Assembly (NCBI GenBank): GCA_963737655.1
Contig: CAVTTN010000002.1
Coordinates: forward strand, 5,056,001 to 5,120,000
Direction: 5' to 3'
Origin: an uncultured Planctomycetota bacterium
Lineage (GTDB): Bacteria; Planctomycetota; Planctomycetia; Isosphaerales; Isosphaeraceae
Length of the DNA stretch: 64,000 nucleotides
The notes below the pieces were generated by a model, which saw nothing but the letters and a program-made list of their open reading frames with translations, had not been told where the DNA came from and ran no database searches. Positions 19,381 to 29,617 of the stretch are shown here, piece by piece. Every line of letters begins with the position of its first letter. Position 1 is the stretch's first letter. The translations under genes and the position numbers were made by a program.

Positions 19381-21575
19381 ATGACCGGCGTCCGCCTGAT
19401 CCTCGCCCTCCATGACCATCAGCCGGTCGGCAACTTCGACGACGTGTTCGAGGCGGCGTATCGCTCGGCGTATCGGCCGTTCCTGGATGCGATCGAGCCG
19501 TATTCGGACGTCCCGTTCGTGTTGCATACCTCCGGGCCTTTGCTGGAATGGCTCGTCGAGAGGCATCCGGAATATGTCGAGCGGGTCCGCAAGCTCGTCG
19601 CGGCGGGTCGGGTCGAGATCCTCGGCGGAGGGTTCACCGAGCCGATCCTGACGATGATCCCCCATCGCGACCGCGTGGGCCAGATCGCCTCGTATTCTCG
19701 GTATCTGGAAGGGCTGTTCGGCCAGCCGATCCGCGGGATGTGGGTGCCGGAACGGGTCTGGGAGCAGCACCTGGTCTCGGCCCTGGCCGAGGCGGGCATC
19801 GAGTTCACCGTCCTCGACGATTTCCACTTCCAGAGGACCGGGGTGGCCGAGTCCGACCTCTTCGGCTACTACCTGACCGAGGACGAGGGGAAGCTCGTGA
19901 AGGTCTTCCCCGGGTCGGAGGAGCTCCGCTACCTCGTCCCGTTCCGGGAGCCCCACGACTCGTACGAATTCCTCCGCAGGGTCGCCCGCGAACGGCCGGG
20001 CGCCACGGTGGTCTTCGCCGACGATGGCGAGAAGTTCGGCTCGTGGCCCCAGACGTTCGATCACATTTACACGAACGGCTGGCTCCGCCGGTTCCTGGAC
20101 ATGCTCTCGGCGAACCGGGACTGGATCCGCGCCACCACGTTCGGCCGGGCCGTGGATGAGACCGTGCCCCTGGGCAAGGTGTTCCTGCCCGATTCGTCGT
20201 ATCGCGAGATGACCGAGTGGGTCTTGCCCGCCGATCGCCTGGTCCGATTCGAGAGGGCGTTCAAGGGCACCCAGGGCGACCCTGCCGCCGATCGGCTCCG
20301 CCCGTTCGCCCGGGCCGGGGGGTTCTGGAGGAACTTCAAGGCCAAGTATTCCGAGACGGACGAGATGTACTCGAGGATGCTCGGCGTCTCGGAACGGCTC
20401 GCCGCGATCGGTCCCGGGGCCGACCCCGACGACGTGGCCGAGGCCCGCTCCGAGCTGTTCAAGGGCCAGTGCAACTGCCCGTACTGGCACGGGGCGTTCG
20501 GCGGGTTGTATCTGCCCCATCTCCGGGCGCGATCTATCGCCACCTGATCGCGGCCCATGACGCCCTCGATCGCGCCGAGGGGAAGATCGGGCCGAGGGTC
20601 TCGCTCGACGTGGCCGATTTCAACCTCGACGCCCGCCAGGAGGTGAAGCTCGAGAATGATCGCGTGATCGCGTTCGTCCGTCCGGCCGGCGGCGGGCACC
20701 TGTACGAGCTGGACGTCCGCCATTGCCAGACGAACGTGCTGGCGACCCTCCAGAGACGGCCCGAGGCGTACCACGGCGCGATCGCCGCCTCGGCCCGGGG
20801 CGAGTCCGAGGACGGCGGCCTCGGCCCGAGCATCCAGGAGGGCGTGGTCCTCAAGCAGGAGGGCCTCGATCGCCGGATCGTCTACGATTTGCACCCTCGC
20901 AAGGCGCTCGTCGATCACTTCTATCCGCTCGACGTGACCCTGGATGACCTGGTCGCCTGCCGGGACGTCGAGCGAGGCGACTTCGCCTCCGGCACCTATC
21001 TGGCGAAGGTCGTCCGGGCCGAAACGCAGGTCGCCTTGACGATGGAACGGCCCGGAGTGGCCGACGGTCATGCGGTCCGCCTGAGCAAGACGGTCACGCT
21101 CTCGGCCGGGAGCCCGTCGCTGGACGTCCATTACGTCCTGGAGGATTTGCCCGTCGGCGTCCCGGTGCATTTCGCGGTCGAGATGAACCTCGCGGGGATG
21201 GCCGGGCATGCCGACGACCGCTCTTACTCGTCGCCCGACGGCCGGCGGCTCGGCCTCCTGGATTCCCGCCTGGACCTCGATGAGTCGTCGGGCGTGTCGC
21301 TGACCGACGAGTGGCTCGACCTGGGGATCGGCCTGCGGTGGAGCGTCCCCGGCGGGCTGTGGTGTCACCCGATCGAGACGGTCAGCCAGAGCGAGGGCGG
21401 ATTCGAGGCCGTGTATCAGGGCTCGGCCGCGATCCCCCACTGGATCGTCTCGGCCGACGACTCCCGGCGATGGGAGGTGCGGATCTCCCTGACCGTGGAT
21501 CGGGCGGAGACCAGCCGCCAGCACGCCAGGAGCGAAGGCGAGGAGGGGAGAAAGGCCCTGGAACTGATGATCTAG
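19381..21575 (+). CDS. GH57 alpha-amylase/4-alpha-glucanotransferase (frameshift near 20526)
   Basis: HDHQPVGN, WVPERVW, DDGEKFG and CNCPYWHGAFGGLYLPHLR; continues in a second frame (AIYRHL...ETVSQSEGGFE). Confidence 0.9.
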
Positions 21576-21595
21576 AGTAACCTACGTTTTCGTGA

Positions 21596-21686
21596 GTCGG
21601 GTGGCATGCTTACGTCTTCGTAAGCATGTCTTCGGCCAGGCTGGAACCGAAGACATGCTTACGAAGACGTAAGCATGCCACCCGAC
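21596..21686. repeat. Family B REP-like doublet with perfect 40-bp arms
   Basis: 21596-21635 is the exact reverse complement of 21647-21686; each arm is itself palindromic. Confidence 0.92.
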
Positions 21687-21747
21687 CCTCTTGCGTTTCG
21701 TCCTCCCGGGGCGTCCCGGCGGCTGACCTTCTTCGTGAGTGGGACCG

Positions 21748-22662
21748 ATGGCTCACCAACCCGAATCGTCGCCCTCGGTGGATGCGGCGGCGATCATCCG
21801 CCGGGCCCGGAGGCTGCGGTTCCGCGTCCGGCCCGAGGCGGTTTCGGCCCTGGCCGGGGCGTATCTCGGGTCTCGTCCGGGGACGGGCTTGACCTTCGCC
21901 GAGCTCCGGGCGTATGAGCCGGGGGACGACGTCCGCCATCTCGACTGGAACGTGACGGCCCGCCAGGGACGGCCTTACGTCCGTCGCTACATCGAGGAGA
22001 GGGCGTTGACGTTGTGGATGGTCGTCGATGTGTCGGCCAGCCTGCGATTCGGCCCCGAGGGGCGGGCCAAGGCGGACCGGGCGGCCCAGGCGGCGGCGCT
22101 CCTGGCGGCGGCGGCGATCCAGGACGGCGACCGCGCCGGCCTGTTGATGGTCAGCGACCGGGTCGAGGCCGAGCTCCCGCCCGACGGCGGAGGCCGCCAC
22201 CTCGCCACGATCGTCCGCTCGCTCGTGGCGACCCCGGCGGCGTCTCGGAGCACGAACCTGGCCTGCGCCGCGACCCGGTTGGGCCGGTCGAGGCGCCGGG
22301 GGCTGGTCGTGGTCCTCAGCGACTTCCTCGGCGCCGGCCCGGCGTCGGCCTGGCGAGGCGTGGCGAGCCGTCACGAGGTCGTCGCCCTCCGGCTGGTCGA
22401 GCCTCGCGAGGAAGTCCTGCCGGACGTCGGCCTGATCGCCGTCGAGGACGCCGAGACCGGGGCGAGGCGGGTCGTCGATTCGTCGTCTCGACGGGTCAGG
22501 GCGGAGTTCGCCCGGGCCGCCGAGCGGAGGAGGATCGCATTCCGGTCCTGGTGCGTGGAGGCGGGGGCCGTCGGCCATGACGTCTCGACGGCCGAGGACC
22601 CGATCGCGCCGTTGTTGAGGATCTTTCGGGGCCGATCCACGAGGAGGGCCTCGGCCCGATGA
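21748..22662 (+). CDS. DUF58 protein (MoxR/Bat associated)
   Basis: G.GLTFAELRAYEPGDDVRHLDWNVTAR, DVSAS..FG and LSDF motifs. Confidence 0.92.
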   Translation: MAHQPESSPSVDAAAIIRRARRLRFRVRPEAVSALAGAYLGSRPGTGLTFAELRAYEPGDDVRHLDWNVTARQGRPYVRRYIEERALTLWMVVDVSASLRFGPEGRAKADRAAQAAALLAAAAIQDGDRAGLLMVSDRVEAELPPDGGGRHLATIVRSLVATPAASRSTNLACAATRLGRSRRRGLVVVLSDFLGAGPASAWRGVASRHEVVALRLVEPREEVLPDVGLIAVEDAETGARRVVDSSSRRVRAEFARAAERRRIAFRSWCVEAGAVGHDVSTAEDPIAPLLRIFRGRSTRRASAR

Positions 22663-23150
22663 TCCCGGACGTTTCGCCGGCCCCGAGCCTGCCGCCTCGG
22701 CCCAATCTCGGCCCCGAACCGTGGCCCGAGCCTCCGGCGGGGTCGCGGGAGTGGGTCGCGTGGGCCGTCGCGGTCGCGGTGGTGCTGGTCGTCGTGATGG
22801 TGTGGAGGTGGTCGCGACGACGCCGGAGGCCGATCCAGGGACGAATCCCGGTCGCGGGCGGCCCGGGAGCGGTCTCCGAGGAGCCCGCCCCGGAACGGGT
22901 CGTCCGGCTCTCGGCCGAGGTCCGCCGGGCCCTGGCCGATCGGCTCGGCTCGCCTCTCCCGGCGATGACCACCGAGGAAGTCCTCGCCCGGATGGCCGCC
23001 GAACCGGCCTTCTCGAAAGACGGCCTCGAACCGCTGCGATCCCTGCTCCGGGAGGCCGACCGCGTGAAATTCGCCGGTCGGGTCGAATCCGAAGACGCCC
23101 GAGAACACGCCGAAGCCTGGGCCCGAGACGCCCTCGCGGCCCTCCAGTAA
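22659..23150 (+). CDS. Single-TM protein of Bat loci (DUF4381-like)
   Basis: ATGA overlap with DUF58; TM segment followed by MTTEE and L..ADRVKFA motifs. Confidence 0.7.
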   Translation: MIPDVSPAPSLPPRPNLGPEPWPEPPAGSREWVAWAVAVAVVLVVVMVWRWSRRRRRPIQGRIPVAGGPGAVSEEPAPERVVRLSAEVRRALADRLGSPLPAMTTEEVLARMAAEPAFSKDGLEPLRSLLREADRVKFAGRVESEDAREHAEAWARDALAALQ

Positions 23151-23161
23151 ATACACCGTCG

Positions 23162-23311
23162 TGTCGGGCGGGTTTCACCCGCCAACACGCGGCGGCCGAA
23201 GGCCGCCTACCGATCTCTCCGCCAGATCGCGCGAGGCCAGGGAAAACGAATGCGGAGATGCGGAGGGACGGCTTCGCCGCCGGCGGGGTTGGTGCATTTC
23301 CTGCACCCTAC
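23162..23311. repeat. Hybrid REP doublet: left GTCG-GGCGGGTTTCACCCGCC, right family C GGTGCATTTCCTGCACC-CTAC
   Basis: The right unit matches the repeats at 58779-58938; lies between convergent genes. Confidence 0.7.
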
Positions 23312-24306
23312 GGTCCGGGCGTCGGCGCGATTTCGAGGATCAGCGGCAGGTGGTCCGAGCCGATCTCGGGGCCGAGGTGGCGATCGGTGGCACGGAGGTC
23401 TTCGGAGAGGAAACCGTGGTCGATGGCGATCCGGTACGGGCTGCCGACCGGCCAGCTCCCCTGGCGGCCGAACCCCCTTCGGCTGTCATTCAGCCGGGTC
23501 GTGGCCAGGAAGTCGCGGAAGTGAGGCGAGCCGTCGGTGGTGTTCAGGTCGCCGACGACGATCGTCGATCCGCCCCGGTCGGCGACGGTCTCCGCCAGCG
23601 CGTCGAGCTCGGGGAACCCGGAATATCGCCCCAGCCTCCTCATCGGCGACGACGGATGGACCAGCCAGAGCTGCCTCTTTCGGCCCGCGAAGTCGATCGT
23701 CGCCCGAAGGAACGGCCAGCCTTCGGGCGAGGCGACCCGGGGCGGATCGACCTCCTCGGGCTTCTCGCGGAAGAACAGCGCCAGGCCCTGGGCCCCGGCC
23801 GGATATTCGTAGCGATACGGGTAATCGTCGCGGATCGGCGCCAGGCCGTCGGACCATTCCTCGGCGAACTCGACCACGCCGACCACGTCCGGCCTTTCCT
23901 TGCGGATCAGGGCGATCAACGGGCCGAAGTCCCGATTCTCCACGAACACGTTGGCGACGAGGATGCGGAGTCTCGGGGCCGACGAGGCCGGTCGGGGCCG
24001 GGGCGCGGGGCCGTCGTAGGCGAACACCCGGGCGGCCTGGAACGCGCCCAGGAGCACGAACGCCAGGGCGATCCGGCGATGACGGGCCCACAAGCAGGCG
24101 AACGCCAGGAGGCTCGCCCCCATCGCCGGCTCCTGGAAATGCGCGAGCAAGTCGGCCCGCCAGTCCCACCGGGCCGCCAGGGCCGCCGCGGGATGAATCA
24201 ACGCCGAGGCCACCACGGCCCATCTCAGGGCGAGGAGCCACGACCTCCTGGCCTTCCCTCGTGGCGGCGAGGACTCCGGCGGGGGCTCCGCCCCGGCGCC
24301 CCTCAT
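23308..24306 (-). CDS. Membrane-anchored EEP-family protein (YafD-like)
   Basis: N-terminal TM segments; ANV, PDVVGVVE, GDLNTT, IDH and GSDHLP motifs. Confidence 0.88.
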   Translation of the reverse strand: MRGAGAEPPPESSPPRGKARRSWLLALRWAVVASALIHPAAALAARWDWRADLLAHFQEPAMGASLLAFACLWARHRRIALAFVLLGAFQAARVFAYDGPAPRPRPASSAPRLRILVANVFVENRDFGPLIALIRKERPDVVGVVEFAEEWSDGLAPIRDDYPYRYEYPAGAQGLALFFREKPEEVDPPRVASPEGWPFLRATIDFAGRKRQLWLVHPSSPMRRLGRYSGFPELDALAETVADRGGSTIVVGDLNTTDGSPHFRDFLATTRLNDSRRGFGRQGSWPVGSPYRIAIDHGFLSEDLRATDRHLGPEIGSDHLPLILEIAPTPGP

Positions 24307-25412
24307 TTCACCTCGTCGCCGGAGAACGGGACGCCCAGGACGATCGAATGATCGGGATCGACCCGGAGCCGGACCCTCCAGGTCATCGCGCCCTCGGCCT
24401 TCGCCCGGGAATCGGCCTCGCTGACCAGGACCACCCCGCGGCCTTCGCCCGGCTTCAACGCGGCGAACGACTGCCCCTCGATCCTCTGCTCGCTCGCCAC
24501 GGACAGGGGATACATCTCGACGGGCCCCGACGGGGTCTCGATCAGGGTGTCGCACAGGCCGCGATCGGGGTTCCGGACGAACTCCGGGTCCAGGGGGGCG
24601 AACGTCGCGTCTGCCGAGACGTTCTTCAGTCGAAGTTTGAGGATCAACGCGGCCGGACCGCCGTCGCGATGGCCGCCGTCGGGCCGGACCAGGTTCACGG
24701 GACCGGCCTCGACGCCCTCGGGCGTGATCTCCAGCGAACCGACCGTCACGGCGTGGCCGATCGCGACCCGCCGATCGTCGGCCAGGGCGGGCAGGCTCGC
24801 GGCCCTCCTCGCCGGGTCGATCCGCGAGTCATTCGGCAGGGTTGGGGCCGTCGTGGGCCGTTTGGCGAACCCCATCCACAACAGGACGGCCAGCGCGATC
24901 GTCACGGCGCTGGCGTAGCTGCCCAGGAGGACCATCGGCCAGTCGGTCCCGGCCGGTCCGTCGTCGTCGTCGGCGTCGTCCGGGGCGGAGGGGGCGGTCG
25001 CGGTCGGGGAGACGACCGGATGGCCGTCGGGGTCGGAGCCGTTGGCCTCGGGGTCGTCCCGGGCGAAGGCTTCGAGGACCGGGTCGGCCACGGGCGAGGC
25101 CAAGGGGTCGAACTCGGACGAGCCGCCCCCCCAATCCGAGCCCGGCCCGCCGGCCCCGGGGATCGCCGGCTCGTCGTCGCCCACCCCGGGCGGACCGGGC
25201 AGAGGAGGCGCCGCGACTCCTCCGCTTCCACCTCCGCCTCCGCTCCCCATCGAGGCGTATTCCAGCATCAGGTCATCGGCGCAGATCGTCCCCGGAATAA
25301 TCATCTCGGTGGTGTGGGCCACGTCCAGCGAGACGAACGTGTCGATCGGCTCGCGGGGCGAGTCCAGGGGCACGCCCTGGCCGCAGTGGGGGCAAATCAG
25401 CTCCTGGGGCAT
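24303..25412 (-). CDS. Hypothetical protein (N-terminal CxxC, acidic linker, TM, C-terminal beta domain)
   Basis: 369-aa ORF overlapping both neighbours in an operon. Confidence 0.7.
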   Translation of the reverse strand: MPQELICPHCGQGVPLDSPREPIDTFVSLDVAHTTEMIIPGTICADDLMLEYASMGSGGGGGSGGVAAPPLPGPPGVGDDEPAIPGAGGPGSDWGGGSSEFDPLASPVADPVLEAFARDDPEANGSDPDGHPVVSPTATAPSAPDDADDDDGPAGTDWPMVLLGSYASAVTIALAVLLWMGFAKRPTTAPTLPNDSRIDPARRAASLPALADDRRVAIGHAVTVGSLEITPEGVEAGPVNLVRPDGGHRDGGPAALILKLRLKNVSADATFAPLDPEFVRNPDRGLCDTLIETPSGPVEMYPLSVASEQRIEGQSFAALKPGEGRGVVLVSEADSRAKAEGAMTWRVRLRVDPDHSIVLGVPFSGDEVK

Positions 25413-26218
25413 CGCGATCGCCTCGCCTCGATCCGGACCGGCCTTTCACGCTCTTCCGGCATCCGCCCGACCCCTCGGGCGCTCGGCGCGGAGAGCCGGC
25501 CATACCATCCTACGTCATCCATCGCCGCAATCAAAGTCTCGGGATCGGAGACATGAGGAAGGACCGCCAGGATCGGCACTTCGGCGCCGAGCCTCCGGGC
25601 CAGCTCGCCCGGGTTCGTCCGGTCGCTCTCGGCGTTCGTCACCGGCTCCGACCCATTCAAGACCACGCCCGCCACGCGAAGCCCCCGACGCAAGACGGCC
25701 TCCACGGTCAGCATCGTATGATTGAGCGTCCCCAACCCGCGACGGGCGACGATCAACACGGGAAAATCGAGGGCGATGGCCAGGTCGGCGACCGTCGAAT
25801 CCTCCGCCAGGGGGCAGAGGAACCCGCCCACGCCCTCCACGACCACGCCATCGCACCGATCGGCCCACCAGTCGAGCGCCTCGAACGTCCGGGCCATGAC
25901 CTCGGAATGCCGGAGGACGCGGCCGGAGAGCCTCGCGGCCACGGACGGGGCGAGGTCGCCGGGAAGGGCGATCGGGGTGATCCGCTCGGGCGGGATGGAG
26001 GCGTCATCCAGGGCCGCGCGAAGGATCGCGGTATCCTCCGAGATCGACGCCCCCCCCTCCCCGATCGCCGACGACGACGCCACCGGCTTCAAAACGGCCG
26101 GACGGCGCCCCTCGGCCCGGAGCCGACGGGCGATCGCCGCGACGACGCGCGTCTTGCCGACGCCCGTATCGGTGCCCGTGACGAAGAGGCCCGAGAGTTC
26201 GTCATCTCTGGGCATCAT
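25397..26218 (-). CDS. bioD: Dethiobiotin synthase
   Basis: FVTGTDTGVGKT, KPV, VEGVGG and LGTLNHT motifs. Confidence 0.93.
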   Translation of the reverse strand: MMPRDDELSGLFVTGTDTGVGKTRVVAAIARRLRAEGRRPAVLKPVASSSAIGEGGASISEDTAILRAALDDASIPPERITPIALPGDLAPSVAARLSGRVLRHSEVMARTFEALDWWADRCDGVVVEGVGGFLCPLAEDSTVADLAIALDFPVLIVARRGLGTLNHTMLTVEAVLRRGLRVAGVVLNGSEPVTNAESDRTNPGELARRLGAEVPILAVLPHVSDPETLIAAMDDVGWYGRLSAPSARGVGRMPEERERPVRIEARRSRCPRS

Positions 26219-26808
26219 GCGTCTATGCCCAAGAAGACCAAACGCACGGCTCCGGTGATCAACCACCAGGCCCCGACGAGGCGGCCCGAGCGATCGATCC
26301 AGAATTTCTCGGCCCTCCAGGCCCCCGTGAGCCACAATGTCAACCAGGCTCCGCCGATGGTGAAGGACACCGCTTGTGCGAAATAATATACAAAAGGTAT
26401 AGAAACACGAACTACTGATGGCATATAGTTTTCATCCTTCGAGAGCTGTCTTTCCGCCACATGTCCCAACAGAATGGCGGCGATTGTCAGGGAGCCGGCC
26501 AGGCAAGCCACGAATCCTGGCTGCCGGCCCAGCCTCCGACCTCTTGGTCGCGGCGATGCGAGGCGAAGGATCACCAGCATCCCCATCCAACAGATGACCA
26601 CGGGGTCGATGAGCTTCCAAACAACGAACACTCCATCCTCTCTGAACCAGCCAATGAGTCTGTCGACAGAGTAATCCCAGGGCACGAATTCAAATTCGAT
26701 CGCGCGGGACCATGAGAGACCGAGGGCCGTGGCGGCGATCAGGAGAATCCCATCGAGCAGGCGGAAGCGACGCGAGGGGTTCCGGGTTGGAGGTGGCATC
26801 GGCGGCAT
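26215..26808 (-). CDS. Hypothetical multi-pass membrane protein
   Basis: Four to five hydrophobic segments; ATGA overlap with bioD; AT-richer centre. Confidence 0.7.
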   Translation of the reverse strand: MPPMPPPTRNPSRRFRLLDGILLIAATALGLSWSRAIEFEFVPWDYSVDRLIGWFREDGVFVVWKLIDPVVICWMGMLVILRLASPRPRGRRLGRQPGFVACLAGSLTIAAILLGHVAERQLSKDENYMPSVVRVSIPFVYYFAQAVSFTIGGAWLTLWLTGAWRAEKFWIDRSGRLVGAWWLITGAVRLVFLGIDA

Positions 26809-26829
26809 CCCCAGCGGAACGGGCAGGCC

Positions 26830-28212
26830 CTACTCGCCCCGGACCCGAGCGACCTCGCCCAGGACCGTCCGAAGGCTGGTTTCCATGATATCCAGCATCT
26901 CCGTCAGTTGCCCTTCGGAGATCGCCAGAGGCGGCATGACGATCAGGACGTCCGCGATGGGGCGGATCAACAGGCCGCGACGCCTGGCCTCCCGGCAGAT
27001 CCTCGCGCCGACCTGCTCCGACCATTCGAACTCGCGTTTGGTCTCGCGGTCGGCCACGAGCTCGATGCCGGCGATCAATCCGCACTGGCGGACGTCCCCC
27101 ACATTCGGATGGTCGCGGAATTGGGCCAATCGGCGGGCGAGTAGCTCAATCTTCGGCTTGAGGTTTTCGAGCGTCTTCTCTTCCTCGAACACGTCCAGAT
27201 TTGCGAGCGCCACGGCCGCCCCCAGAGGGTTCCCTCCGTAGGTGTGGCCGTGCTGGAAGGTCTTTTCCTCGGCGGCCGTCGCGAAGAAGGCGGAGTAAAC
27301 TTCCTCGGTCGTCATCGTGGCCGCCAGGGGGAGATACCCGCCGGTGATCCCCTTCGCCAGGCAGAGGAAATCGGGCGAGACGTCCTCGGTCTGACAGGCG
27401 AACATCTCGCCGGTCTTGCCGAAGCCGACGGCCACCTCGTCGGCGATCAGGAGCGTCTCGTGCCTCGTCGCCAGTTCGCGGAGCCCTCGGAGATATCCGG
27501 GAGGCTGGACGATCATCCCGGCCGCCCCCTGCACCCTCGGCTCGACCACGACGGCGGCGACCTCGCCCGGATGACGCTCCAGGATCGCCCCAACCTCGCT
27601 CAAACACGCCAGCTCGCAGCCGGGCCGCTCCAAACCCAGGGGGCAGCGGTAGCAATAGGGGATCGGCGCGCGGAGGGCCGGGAAAAGCAAGGGCGAGAAC
27701 ATCGCGTGGAAGCGGTCGACGCCCCCGATCGACACATCGCCGATCGTGTCGCCGTGATACGCCCCGCCGAGTGCCAAAAATCGCGTCCGGCGAGGCTCGG
27801 GGTCGGCCTTCTGGTGCCAGAACTGGAAGGCCATCTTGAGGGCCACCTCGACGGCCGTCGCCCCGTCGTCCGAGAAGAAAACGCGGGTCAATCCCGGAGG
27901 CGCGATCGCCACCAACCGCCGGGCCAGCTCGACGGCCGGGCGATGCGTGAGGCCCAGCAACGTCGAATGGGCCACGCGGTCGAGCTGGTCGCGAATCGCG
28001 GCATCGAGCCGGGGGTGACGATGGCCGTGGACGTTGCACCAGAGCGACCCGACGCCATCCAGGTAGCGTCGGCCGTCGGAATCGATCAGGTAAACCCCCT
28101 CGGCCCGGTCGATGACCAGGGGCTCGGAGGCGGCCCAATCGGCCTGGGCCGTGAACGGGTGCCAGAGGTGGGCCTTGTCCCAGTCCCGGAGCGTTTCGAC
28201 GGATGCGGACAT
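26830..28212 (-). CDS. bioA: Adenosylmethionine-8-amino-7-oxononanoate aminotransferase
   Basis: LWHPFT, SLWCNVHGH, YHGDT, ADEVAVGFGKTG, AKGITGGY and HGHTY motifs. Confidence 0.95.
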   Translation of the reverse strand: MSASVETLRDWDKAHLWHPFTAQADWAASEPLVIDRAEGVYLIDSDGRRYLDGVGSLWCNVHGHRHPRLDAAIRDQLDRVAHSTLLGLTHRPAVELARRLVAIAPPGLTRVFFSDDGATAVEVALKMAFQFWHQKADPEPRRTRFLALGGAYHGDTIGDVSIGGVDRFHAMFSPLLFPALRAPIPYCYRCPLGLERPGCELACLSEVGAILERHPGEVAAVVVEPRVQGAAGMIVQPPGYLRGLRELATRHETLLIADEVAVGFGKTGEMFACQTEDVSPDFLCLAKGITGGYLPLAATMTTEEVYSAFFATAAEEKTFQHGHTYGGNPLGAAVALANLDVFEEEKTLENLKPKIELLARRLAQFRDHPNVGDVRQCGLIAGIELVADRETKREFEWSEQVGARICREARRRGLLIRPIADVLIVMPPLAISEGQLTEMLDIMETSLRTVLGEVARVRGE

Positions 28213-28228
28213 AAAACTTGCATCGACC

Positions 28229-29065
28229 TCAAATGTGCATCAACTCGGCGCCCGAGTTCGACGCTCTTGCCGCCGGTTTCTTCTTTCGAATCCAGACGGT
28301 CGTGCCGGCGCCGGCGGTCAGGGCCCGGCCGGCGTCCCCGTTGACCACGGCGACCTCGACCCAGCCTCCGGAGTTCTCCAGGACCACGAGCGATCCCGGC
28401 GGACGGTCTCCGTAGGTCTTCACCAGGCCGTCGATCTTCTCGCCGGCGACCTCGATCGACCAGGATTCGTTCGGGGCGTCGGCCAGCCTTGAGGCGGGGA
28501 CGTTGGTGACGAGGTTGCCGAAGGCGTCCCGGAAGATCACCTCGCCGACGATCCCGTGATCGTCCGACCGGGGCTCGAAGTTGGCGAGCGTGATGACCTT
28601 GGAGCGCTTCGGGCCGAGGTCGTCGGCCGGTCGGCCCAGGACGAGGTGGGCGGCGGCCGGGGCGAGGATGTCCCGGCCGTGGAAGGTGTTGGAGACCCGC
28701 TCCCGGCAGATCGCCGGGTTGCTGATCTCCCAGATCCCCGAGACCAGCCGCCCCCGGGCCACCCCGCCGAGGAGGCCGTTGTCCGGGGCCACGAACCACT
28801 GGTCGGCGGCGCGGATGGCGACCAGGCGGCGCTCGGTCCCGACCCCGGGATCGACCACGCCGAGGTGGACCGTGTCGGGCGGGAAGGCGTCGATCAGGCT
28901 GGCCATGATGAACGCCCCTTCCAGGACGTTCTGCGGGGCGATGGCGTGGCTGACGTCCACCAGCTGGACGTTCGGCGCCATGCCCAGGACCACCCCCTTC
29001 ATCGCGGCGACATAGGGGCCGTCGCCGCCGAAATCCGTCGTCAGGGTGAGGATGCCGGGTCGCAT
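28229..29065 (-). CDS. SAM hydroxide adenosyltransferase / SAM-dependent halogenase family (DUF62)
   Basis: TLTTDFG, VVDPGVGT.R, APDNG and SNTFHGRD motifs. Confidence 0.92.
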   Translation of the reverse strand: MRPGILTLTTDFGGDGPYVAAMKGVVLGMAPNVQLVDVSHAIAPQNVLEGAFIMASLIDAFPPDTVHLGVVDPGVGTERRLVAIRAADQWFVAPDNGLLGGVARGRLVSGIWEISNPAICRERVSNTFHGRDILAPAAAHLVLGRPADDLGPKRSKVITLANFEPRSDDHGIVGEVIFRDAFGNLVTNVPASRLADAPNESWSIEVAGEKIDGLVKTYGDRPPGSLVVLENSGGWVEVAVVNGDAGRALTAGAGTTVWIRKKKPAARASNSGAELMHI

Positions 29066-29136
29066 GGATGAGGACTCCGGGCCGGTCGGTCTGGGGTTCC
29101 TTGTCGGGTCGGGTCGGGTCGGGTCTGTGGGGGGGA

Positions 29137-29493
29137 TCACCGCGAGGCTTCGTAGCTCGCCGTGACCTTCGAGGAGATCCCGCCTCGGGGCGTGAACTTG
29201 CCGACGACCGTCATCCGCCTCGGCCGGCTCGCGGCGACGAGGTCGTCGAGGATCGCGTTGATCGAATGCTCGTAAAAGATGCCGCGGTCGCGATACGAGA
29301 AGAGGTAGAGCTTCAGGCTCTTGAGCTCGATGACCGAGGCCGCCGGGACGTACGTGATCACGATCGTGGCGAAGTCGGGCTGGCCGGTCTTCGGGCAGAC
29401 GGCGGTGAACTCCGGGCAGGTGATCTCGACCTCGTACTCCCGCTCGGGGAACTGATTGGGGAAGGTCTCCAGCGGGTGGGGCTGCGGGGGCAT
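29137..29493 (-). CDS. queF: NADPH-dependent 7-cyano-7-deazaguanine reductase (type I)
   Basis: PEFTAVCPKTGQPDFA, ELKSLKLY and PRGGI motifs. Confidence 0.93.
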   Translation of the reverse strand: MPPQPHPLETFPNQFPEREYEVEITCPEFTAVCPKTGQPDFATIVITYVPAASVIELKSLKLYLFSYRDRGIFYEHSINAILDDLVAASRPRRMTVVGKFTPRGGISSKVTASYEASR

Positions 29494-29617
29494 CGGCGGT
29501 CTTTCTTTCGGGGCGGGGCGCGTGCACGACCACATTCCACCTTAGACCCCGGGACCGGCGACGGTCAAGACGGGGAAATGGCGGCCAGCATTTCCTCGCG
29601 GACGCCATGTCCCGCCC

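Noticed and set aside
20515..20535. Programmed frameshifting in GH57 and the other split genes
   Set aside because: No slippery heptamer evident; the breaks fit single-base errors in G/C runs.
29137..29493. queF as part of a 7-deazaguanine DNA modification system
   Set aside because: No dpdA or other dpd genes nearby; consistent with ordinary tRNA queuosine synthesis.
29494..29617. preQ1 riboswitch upstream of queF
   Set aside because: No recognisable preQ1 stem with an A-rich tail; a covariance search would be needed.
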